This document shows positions 13,539-21,256 of a stretch of 35,887 bases of DNA, in pieces (position 1 is the stretch's first letter; each line of letters begins with the position of its first letter). Position numbers and translations under genes: made by a program. This DNA is from Trichosphaerium sp. ATCC 40318 (taxonomy: Eukaryota; Protista; Tubulinea): the NCBI GenBank assembly GCA_038496445.1, contig JALMLS010000396.1, forward strand, positions 1-35,887, written 5' to 3'. The notes below the pieces were generated by a model. That model was not told the DNA's origin. It did no database searches and worked only from the letters and a program-made list of their open reading frames with translations.

Positions 13539-14666
13539 CCTCTTATTTCAACGTTTTTTATTTCTTACTTTTTTTTTTGTTGTTAAATATACTTCTTTAT
13601 TTTTTATTTTTATATTTTGCCAGCTTTTAGTGGTAATAATAGACGCTTGTTTTTTATTTCCTATTAGTATTATTATTTTTTTCTTTTTTTTTTTTCTTTT
13701 TTTTTTGCTTTTGATTTTAATTTTTTTATTTTTATTGTTATTTTTTGCAAGTTTATTTCTTTTTTTTCTTTTATCTGATCTTTTTCACAATTTATTAATT
13801 TTACTTTTATTTTTTTTACCCTTTTTTTTGTTTTACTTTTATAAAGCTGCGTATTAAACAAAAATAAATGTAAAAGCTCACGCGATTTCTGTTCGAAAAA
13901 AAAAGAGTAATATAATCTTATTAAGTTATATTACTCTTTTTTTTTCGAACTCTTTTTAAATACCCATCTTATTTAATTTTTTGTTAATATTACTAAACTA
14001 GTACCATAACTTCTTTTATACATTAATTTTGTCCATAAACTTATAACGCCATAATTTTTTAAAAATCACGCATTCATATTTATATTATTACGCGATTTTT
14101 TACCTCTATTTTTTTTTATATTAAACCTACACCTTTTATTAATCTATTAATTTATTATAAAACATGTATGTATATATTGTTTTAATTTATCTAAACTTTA
14201 TATTTATAATCACTTCTCGCTAAATTTAACCTTCACGGCTCTTTTTTAAAAAATTAAACCTACATTTGTTTGAAAAATATTTCCTATCTTTTATTTAAAA
14301 TAAATTAGATAATATACTCTTTTTTCTCTTCTTTTTCAAAATCTATCCACTAAACGCATTGACCTATTTCACGCATGCGTTTAGTGGATAATACACTTAC
14401 CTTTACTAAAATAATTTGAATATACCAAAGGCAATTTATTTTTGATAAACTTTTATATTTAAATTTTTTACACTAAACTTTCTTTTAATACCCTAAAATA
14501 AACAAAAGATCGGCTTTTAAGATACCTATAGGTATCTTAAAAGCCGATCTTTTGTTTATTTTAGGGTATTAAAAGAAAGTTTAGTGTAAAAAATTTAAAT
14601 ATAAAAGTTTATCAAAAATAAATTGCCTTTGGTATATTCAAATTATTTTAGTAAAGGTAAGTGTAT

Positions 14667-14713
14667 TATCCACTAAACGCATGCGTGAAATAGGTCAATG
14701 CGTTTAGTGGATA
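14667..14713. repeat. Hairpin, 16-bp arms, 15-nt loop (mirror 14344..14390)
   Basis: tatccactaaacgcat ... atgcgtttagtggata. Confidence 0.9.
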
Positions 14714-15106
14714 GATTTTGAAAAAGAAGAGAAAAAAGAGTATATTATCTAATTTATTTTAAATAAAAGATAGGAAATATTTTTCAAACAAATGTAGGTT
14801 TAATTTTTTAAAAAAGAGCCGTGAAGGTTAAATTTAGCGAGAAGTGATTATAAATATAAAGTTTAGATAAATTAAAACAATATATACATACATGTTTTAT
14901 AATAAATTAATAGATTAATAAAAGGTGTAGGTTTAATATAAAAAAAAATAGAGGTAAAAAATCGCGTAATAATATAAATATGAATGCGTGATTTTTAAAA
15001 AATTATGGCGTTATAAGTTTATGGACAAAATTAATGTATAAAAGAAGTTATGGTACTAGTTTAGTAATATTAACAAAAAATTAAATAAGATGGGTATTTA
15101 AAAAGA

Positions 15107-15166
15107 GTTCGAAAAAAAAAGAGTAATATAACTTAATAAGATTATATTACTCTTTTTTTTTCGAAC
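15107..15166. repeat. Hairpin, 25-bp arms (mirror 13891..13950)
   Basis: gttcgaaaaaaaaagagtaatataa ... ttatattactctttttttttcgaac. Confidence 0.92.
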
Positions 15167-15518
15167 AGAAATCGCGTGAGCTTTTACATTTATTTTTGTT
15201 TAATACGCAGCTTTATAAAAGTAAAACAAAAAAAAGGGTAAAAAAAATAAAAGTAAAATTAATAAATTGTGAAAAAGATCAGATAAAAGAAAAAAAAGAA
15301 ATAAACTTGCAAAAAATAACAATAAAAATAAAAAAATTAAAATCAAAAGCAAAAAAAAAAAGAAAAAAAAAAAGAAAAAAATAATAATACTAATAGGAAA
15401 TAAAAAACAAGCGTCTATTATTACCACTAAAAGCTGGCAAAATATAAAAATAAAAAATAAAGAAGTATATTTAACAACAAAAAAAAAAGTAAGAAATAAA
15501 AAACGTTGAAATAAGAGG

Positions 15519-16070
15519 ATGCGTATTAGTGACGTCGTGAAAAAGGTATTAAAATTTGTATAGTTTTCAAAACGTTTTGAAAAAAATATAAATAAATTTA
15601 TACAAAATGCAATAGATTTTTATATAATGTTTTAAATTATTTAAAATAAGTATATTTAATTTTGTATTTCTTGAATATTTTCTTTGCATGTGGTTTTATT
15701 TCTTTTTTTATTTAGAATTTCATCGATGAATAAAATTTGATGAAATTTGAAAATTGATGAAGAGAATTAGTAACAGAAACTAAAGCCTCACATGTCTTTT
15801 AAAAAAATTAACTTTAATGGGCGTAAAGTATTGTTAAATTTAAGGTTATATAATTATAGTATTATTTTATAGATTATAAAAGTAAGATAAATTAATGAAA
15901 GGTTACTTATTTTTTGAAATTTACGTCGTAGGTTTGCGTGTCGTATGAAATATTTAGTGATTGGTTGTTAAGTTTATGAAGGTAGGATTTATTCATATTT
16001 AAGTTTTCAGAGAACTCTAAGAAAGTGGGAGTTTATTGAGAGATTATACTTATATAACGGAAATAGAGTC
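15519..16070 (+). CDS. rps7: Probable ribosomal protein S7 (frameshifted cryptogene, divergent)
   Basis: Reconstructed segments NKFI..., KLKPHMSFKKINFNGRKVLL (cf. xKPxVEVKxRRVGGxxYQVP) and a C-terminal EGRIYSY..K match S7 motif order. Similarity is weak. Confidence 0.45.
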
Positions 16071-16073
16071 TTT

Positions 16074-16214
16074 TTGAGATTGCTTTTTTTAAATATAGAT
16101 GCAGATCGTAGTTTTGTGCATCTATGGAAATATAAACAATCTCAAAGATTGTTTATATTTCCATAGATGCACAAAACTACGATCTGCATCTATATTTAAA
16201 AAAAGCAATCTCAA
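16074..16214. repeat. Long hairpin, ~69-bp arms, 3-nt loop, with nested hairpins (mirror 12843..12983)
   Basis: ttgagattgc...aacaatct caa agattgtt...gcaatctcaa. Each arm contains an internal atagatgca...tgcatctat stem. Confidence 0.95.
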
Positions 16215-16253
16215 CTATAAAAAATCCTTGTTAGAAGGAAAAAAGAAAAAAAA

Positions 16254-16333
16254 GTCAGTGTGGTGGAATGTAGACACGTCGGATTTAGATCTCGTGTTTG
16301 AAAAAACGTGCGGTTCAAGTCCCGTCACTGAAA
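16254..16333 (+). tRNA. trnL: tRNA-Leu(UAG)
   Basis: Type II cloverleaf, loop tttagat. T-stem is one G short (gcgg[g]/cccgt). G1xA72 mismatch. Confidence 0.85.
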
Positions 16334-16335
16334 AA

Positions 16336-16407
16336 GGCTCGTTAGGATAACGGTTAATCCATACTATTGCAAATAGTGTAATAACGGTTCAATTCCGTTA
16401 CGAGCCA
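16336..16407 (+). tRNA. trnC: tRNA-Cys(GCA)
   Basis: Complete cloverleaf: ggctcgt/acgagcc acceptor, loop ttgcaaa, T-arm aacgg-ttcaatt-ccgtt. Confidence 0.95.
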
Positions 16408-16409
16408 AA

Positions 16410-16479
16410 GTCTGCGTCGTCTAAAGGTTAGGATACGTATTTTCAATTCGGCGATGTTGGTTCAAGTCCAACGTGGATA
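16410..16479 (+). tRNA. trnE: tRNA-Glu(UUC)
   Basis: Loop ttttcaa. The 3' acceptor strand needs one extra C (ccaac[c]gtggat) to pair with gtctgcg. Confidence 0.85.
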
Positions 16480-16489
16480 TTTTTTTTAA

Positions 16490-16560
16490 AGAACTATAGT
16501 TTAAAGGCAAAAACAGCAACTCATAAGTTGTAAGATGTGGGTTCGAGTCCACTGGGCTAA
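16490..16560 (+). tRNA. tRNA with CAU anticodon (Ile-lysidine type or elongator Met)
   Basis: Anticodon arm gcaac/tcataa/gttgt has only a 6-nt loop. T-stem gtggg/[c]ccac. Acceptor positions 1-4 pair poorly. Confidence 0.8.
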
Positions 16561-16628
16561 ATGGGTATGCCGAGAGGTTAGGCGCTTGATTTTGAATAAG
16601 TTACGTTGGTTCGAATCAACTACCCAAC
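16561..16628 (+). tRNA. trnQ: tRNA-Gln(UUG)
   Basis: Acceptor atgggta/tacccaa, loop ttttgaa. About three single nucleotides are missing (position 9, anticodon stem, T-stem). Confidence 0.85.
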
Positions 16629-16632
16629 AAAA

Positions 16633-16714
16633 GTACGTGTATCCAAGTGGTTAAAGGAGTAGATTGTAAATTTATTGAGTTTTTCTCTTCGTGGTTCGAA
16701 TCCCACCGCGTTAG
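16633..16714 (+). tRNA. trnY: tRNA-Tyr(GUA)
   Basis: gtaga/ttgtaaa/tttat arm and long variable arm. T-stem gtgg[g]/cccac. Acceptor pairs 1-2 mismatched. Confidence 0.88.
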
Positions 16715-16717
16715 GGA

Positions 16718-16789
16718 GGGGGCGTAGCTTAATAGGTAGAGCAGTGGGTTTTTAACCCAAAGGTTGCAGTTCGATGCCTGTCGCCCGAA
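16718..16789 (+). tRNA. trnK: tRNA-Lys(UUU)
   Basis: gtggg/tttttaa/cccaa arm. T-stem gcag[g]/cctgt. Acceptor pairs 1-2 mismatched. Confidence 0.9.
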
Positions 16790-16798
16790 GTTAAAAAG

Positions 16799-16870
16799 GT
16801 ATCAGTAGTTTAATTGGTAAAATAGAGGTTTCCAAAATCTTTGATGTCGGTTCAAGTCCGGCCTGAAAAA
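16799..16870 (+). tRNA. trnW: tRNA-Trp(CCA)
   Basis: gaggt/ttccaaa/atctt arm, canonical D and T arms. Acceptor pairs 1 and 3 mismatched. Confidence 0.9.
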
Positions 16871-16950
16871 GTCAGTGTGGTGGAATGTAGACACGTCAGA
16901 TTCAAAATTTGTGTTTGAAAAAACGTGCGGTTCAAGTCCCGTCACTGAAA
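16871..16950 (+). tRNA. trnL: tRNA-Leu(CAA)
   Basis: Near-identical to tRNA-Leu(UAG) except the anticodon arm tcaga/ttcaaaa/tttgt. Confidence 0.9.
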
Positions 16951-16952
16951 AA

Positions 16953-17025
16953 TCGGGAGTGGAGTATAGGTTAGCTCGCAGGCTCATGACCCTTGAGGAG
17001 ATCGGTTCGAGTCCGGCCTCCAAAA
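16953..17025 (+). tRNA. trnM: Initiator tRNA-Met(CAU)
   Basis: Loop ctcatga. One G duplication (cag[g]g/ccctt) restores the three G-C pairs typical of initiator tRNAs. Confidence 0.85.
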
Positions 17026-17031
17026 AAAAAA

Positions 17032-17101
17032 CAGGGTATAACTTAAAAGGTAGAGTGTTGGCTTTGGAGCCAAAAGTGCAGGTTCGAGTCTGCTATCCAA
17101 A
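17032..17101 (+). tRNA. trnP: tRNA-Pro(UGG)
   Basis: ttggc/tttgga/gccaa arm with a 6-nt loop (needs tttgg[g]a). T-stem one base short. Acceptor pairs 1-2 mismatched. Confidence 0.88.
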
Positions 17102-17104
17102 AAA

Positions 17105-17175
17105 GGGCCAATAGTTTAAAAGGTAAAATAGAAGTTGTCGGCCTTTCAGATATCGGTTCAAGTCCGATTTGCTCG
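17105..17175 (+). tRNA. trnD: tRNA-Asp(GUC)
   Basis: gaag[g]/ttgtcgg/ccttt arm. Acceptor gggccaa/ttg[g]ctc with G discriminator. Confidence 0.88.
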
Positions 17176-17204
17176 TTATTAAAGGTAGTTGGTGTAAAAA
17201 CAAG

Positions 17205-18910
17205 TAAAAGTTAGCGTATGATTTTGCGCTGAGTGAGTGCTAATGTGGACTTAACACATGCAAGGTAATATTCTATATTATTTAGAATGCCCGTAAGGTG
17301 AGTATTAATCGATATTAGCTAGCTATGTTAAGCAAAATAAGCTTAATAAAGTAAATAGATTTATAATTTTTATATAAAGAGATACGAGTTTTTGACACAT
17401 AGGAATGTATCGTAAATGATAAGTAGTAGGTTTAAGGTAAAGCTTACCTAGCCGAAGACCGTACCAGGACTGAGAGGGTAAACTGGCACAGCGGGGAGAG
17501 ATGACCCGAACGTTAAGGCGCAGCAGTGAGGGATTTTGGACAAGTTTAATGCACGATCCAGTTATGCCGTGTGGCTAAATTTAGCACAGTTGTAGAAAGA
17601 TTGTTCGCTTAAGAAGGCAGAGTCGAAAGTCAGTGAAATAATGATAATAGTGATAGTAATTATTGGAAAGGCTGTCTAACTTCGTGCCAGCAGTCGCGGT
17701 AACACGGGGGCCCAAGTGCTACTCATCTTGATTGGTGTAAAGGGAAGTAAACTGTCCATAAAGTTTTGAGTAAAAAACTCGGGTTGATCTGAGGATAACT
17801 CATTTAACTTATGTCTTTGTATTTTTTTGAGTACGTGGTATTATAAATTAGGAGTAGAATTCTAAGATTTATAAGACCATCATGCGGAGCAATCGCGTAC
17901 TGTGAAAGAATAGACGTTAGTAATCGAAAGCGTAGGGAGTGAAAAGATTAGATACCCTTGTAATCTACGCTGTGACCGATGGATATTTGGCGCTGGACAT
18001 CTAGGAGGTTTTAAATCCTTTGTGACTTGTACCGGTGGTGAAGCTTACGCGTAAATATCTCACCTGGGGAAATATGTCGCAAGATGTAAACCTAAGAAAT
18101 TGGCGGAGTGTATTACCAGCAGTGGATCATGTTGATTATCTGATGATCCGCGTTTAATCTTACAAACCTAGATATATGCCCCAAGATAAAGTTATATTTA
18201 TAAGTAGTAGGTTTTTTTCAAATTTATATTAAAAATTGAGAGAATACTTTAGGTCCAGGTGTTGCATGGCGCCGTCAGCTCGTGTAGTGATATGTCGCCT
18301 TACTGGATAAACGGGCGTACCCATGAAATTGAGTGAAAATAATAATACAATTTAGCAAATCATGCAATATGATAGTTAGTAGTGATGACGACTGGTCGTC
18401 ATGGCCTTAATGGTTTGGCTTCAAATGTGATACAACGTTGGTACAACAAGATGCTATTCATAAGTGATTAGCGCTAGTCTGATAAAACAATCTCTTGTTC
18501 GGATATTCCCTGAAATAGGAATATGAAGATGAATTGCTAGTAATCGCGGATCATCACACCGCGTGAATACTTGCCTGCGCTCGTACATACCGCCGTGGCC
18601 CAGCGAAAGCTGGGTGGCTGGACGTAGTTTAAATTAATCAAAAAAAAAATCAAAAAAGTTTGTATTTTAAAGTAGAGTTTTCTTAGGAAAAGCAACTTTT
18701 TATGAAAAATAAACTAAATAGGGCAAGAAATAAAAAGATAATTTAAATTTAAATTATCTTTTTAACGTAAGCTAAAAGCGGTTGAGTAAATCTCCTGCTT
18801 TAAAAGATAATTAAAAAGTAGAAAAGATAAAAAAAAGGACTATAAAACCTATGTCAGCGATTGCTGTAACTCGTAACAGGGTAGTGTATCGGAAGGTGTA
18901 ACTGATAAAA
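17205..18910 (+). rRNA. rns: Mitochondrial small-subunit rRNA
   Basis: Universal motifs: taacacatgcaag, gtgccagcagtcgcggtaa, gattagataccc, gtcagctcgtg, gaattgctagtaatcgcg, tcgtaacagggtag. Ends approximate. Confidence 0.97.
18731..18764. repeat. 34-bp perfect palindrome inside the SSU rRNA expansion
   Basis: taaaaagataatttaaatttaaattatcttttta. Confidence 0.9.
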
Positions 18911-18982
18911 TTAAAAAAATTTAAAGGGTTATTTTAAATTTTATTTTAATAAAAAAATAAAAGAAGTAAAGAAAAGAGAAAG

Positions 18983-19681
18983 ATGTCAGTTTTGGAGCAT
19001 TTTGATCCCGTAGTAAATAATTTAGGTTGTTTGTGTTTTCAAGTTGGTTTTTATTTTGGTAAGTTGTTTTTTTTTTTATGGATTTTTTTACGGTTTATTT
19101 TTTTTAAATTAAGTGTTTTAGGGATGGTTCTTTTAGTTTTTTTGAATTTATAGTTAATTTTGTTGGGGAGTAACTGGGAAATTAACGGTTGTTTTTTAAA
19201 TAATAAAAATAAAAGAATATTAAACCTTTCATTTTTGTTGTTTTCGCGAGATTTTGTTTTTAAATATAATAGCAATGATACCCGGAGATTATCAATTACA
19301 AGTTTTTGGGCAGTTGCATTTTTTTTTGCAGCGTAATTTGAATATATGCAGGTTTATTAAGGTTTATTTTAAACGAACTGGTTTATTACTTTATTTGTAC
19401 CGGAAATAAAAGCGTAATTCTTTTTATTTTAATAATATAGAGTTTGTATCTTATATTTTAAGGTAGTTAGTCTACATGTGCGTTTAATGGCTAATATATT
19501 AGCTGGCACGCATTATTAAATGTTTATGCGCAGTGTTTTATGCGAGTATAGCTTATATTTACAAACAATTTTAATCGTAGTGACGTTTTAATTATGATTT
19601 TAGAATTTATAGTTGCGGCAATACAGCTTATATTTTCTTAATGTTAATGTGCTTTATTTAAGCGATTTTTTATCTAATTAA
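18983..19681 (+). CDS. atp6: ATP synthase subunit a (cryptogene)
   Basis: MSVLEHFD start. Reconstructed IEFVSYI..VVSLHVRLMANILAGHALL and LEFIVAAIQAYIF. Multiple single-base gaps. Confidence 0.93.
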
Positions 19682-19717
19682 ATTATTTAAATTTATAATA
19701 AAAAAGTGAAAAAGTTG

Positions 19718-20737
19718 ATGGATAAAAGGTTATTTGCGGAAGAATTTAAAATATTTACATTATATTTAAAATTATTAATAAGTGTTGATATTAACGCATA
19801 TATAGAAATATCGCTTTTATGTCGACATATTATTTATTTTTTTTATGATTTATTTATTTGATATATAAATTTAGAAATAAAACTAGATATTGTTAATAAC
19901 TATTATAAAGGGGTTTACGACATTATAATTTGCAATATAGTGATAAAATAAAAAATCGTCAAAGCATCGTTGGCATTATGTAGATGCTAGCCATGGCCTT
20001 TTTTTTTAAGTTATGGACGTTACTTTTATTTTTAGGGCTATTACGTGGATGCATTGTCAAAATTGTGCCCTGGTTTATTTTTATTTGGTACAATGTGTCA
20101 TTATTATCAGTTTATGGTTGGTGGCGTGATTTAGATAGAGAGTGATTTTAGGTCATAGAACAGTGTAATAGCAAGAAACTTACAATATGTTTTATTTTTT
20201 TTTTAGTTGCGGAATGATGTTTTTTGTACCTTTTTTTGCGCTTTTTTTTATTATGTTTGTGTTATGTAGCTAGAATAGGAGGTAATGACCAGGTTGTGGT
20301 ATAAGTAGCCCAGCGCCTTTTGTATACCTTTGATAAATACTTTATTATTATTATATTCAGTTTAATTTGTCAGGTAGCTACTATGGCTGTAGCCGCCGTG
20401 AATATTATCATGTTATTTGGGTTATGTGGTAACATTGGTTTTTGGATTATTATTTTTATTTAATCAGTGATAGAATATTTTACATTACCTTTTAGTATAA
20501 CCAGCGGGTTTTTGGAAGTACATCTTTATGTTAACAGGTTTACATGGTTGTCATGTAATAGCCGGTGAATTTTTTTGTGCGTATGTTTGGTCGATATCTA
20601 CATATGGTTATAGTGCACGTATTTACAGGGATTTGCTTTTGCTAATTGTATTGACATTTTGTAGATGTTATTTGATAGTTTTATTTATAGGTGTTTATAT
20701 GTGAACAGACTTTTTGAATGGAATAAAAGTGATTTAG
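19718..20737 (+). CDS. cox3: Cytochrome c oxidase subunit 3 (cryptogene; conserved part starts ~19955, possible N-terminal extension from 19718)
   Basis: Reconstructed HRWHYVDASPWP, GWWRDLDRE, FMLTGLHGCHV, YWHFVDVIW (W=TGA). Confidence 0.93.
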
Positions 20738-20805
20738 TTTTTAATATGCTTTATATTTATCAATAGTGTTAAGTTACAGTGATAAAAAAAAAAAGAAAAA
20801 ATATA

Positions 20806-20977
20806 ATGATTCAATAGATATTTTATTTTTTCAACAGAAATTATTTTATTATTTTTTACTTTATTTATAGTATATTTTTTGTGTTTTTTTTTATATTAAA
20901 GGTATCTCAGAAATAACAAAATTGAGGTATGAATTAATGTTAAATATGTACAAGTAAATAAATTGTATGTCTAGTTA
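20806..20977 (+). CDS. atp8: ATP synthase subunit 8 (cryptogene)
   Basis: MIQ[L/I]D start (cf. MPQLD), one hydrophobic segment, then ISEITKLR (cf. ISxILKLR). Confidence 0.7.
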
Positions 20978-20983
20978 AACAAA

Positions 20984-21230
20984 ATGTCATTTAGTATAAT
21001 TTTATTATTAGAAGAGGAATATTAAATTTATCATGTGTTTTTTTGTAACTCTTTTTTGTATTTAATTTTATGCTTATTAGAATTTTTTAGTTTAGAAGTT
21101 ATTTTAGCTGACGTACTATTTTATTTTTTGTTTTATTATTATATTTGAACTGAGCAATATTGTTGGAGGGTTTGGTTCTTTATAGTTTTAAAGCGTTAAT
21201 AAAATGGAAAGGCTTAATATTATTACGGTT
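20984..21230 (+). CDS. nad4L: Probable NADH dehydrogenase subunit 4L (cryptogene)
   Basis: Short hydrophobic frame with R-x-N-I-L, FNF and TEAILL..LVL (cf. AESAIGLAILV). Confidence 0.5.
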
Positions 21231-21256
21231 AAAAAAATTAAAAAAATATAAAATAA

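Noticed and set aside
11943-17114. ORF-track entries 11943-12958, 13630-13861, 15196-15427 and 16099-17114
   Set aside because: They overlap tRNA genes, palindromes or low-complexity A/T tracts and are probably chance frames.
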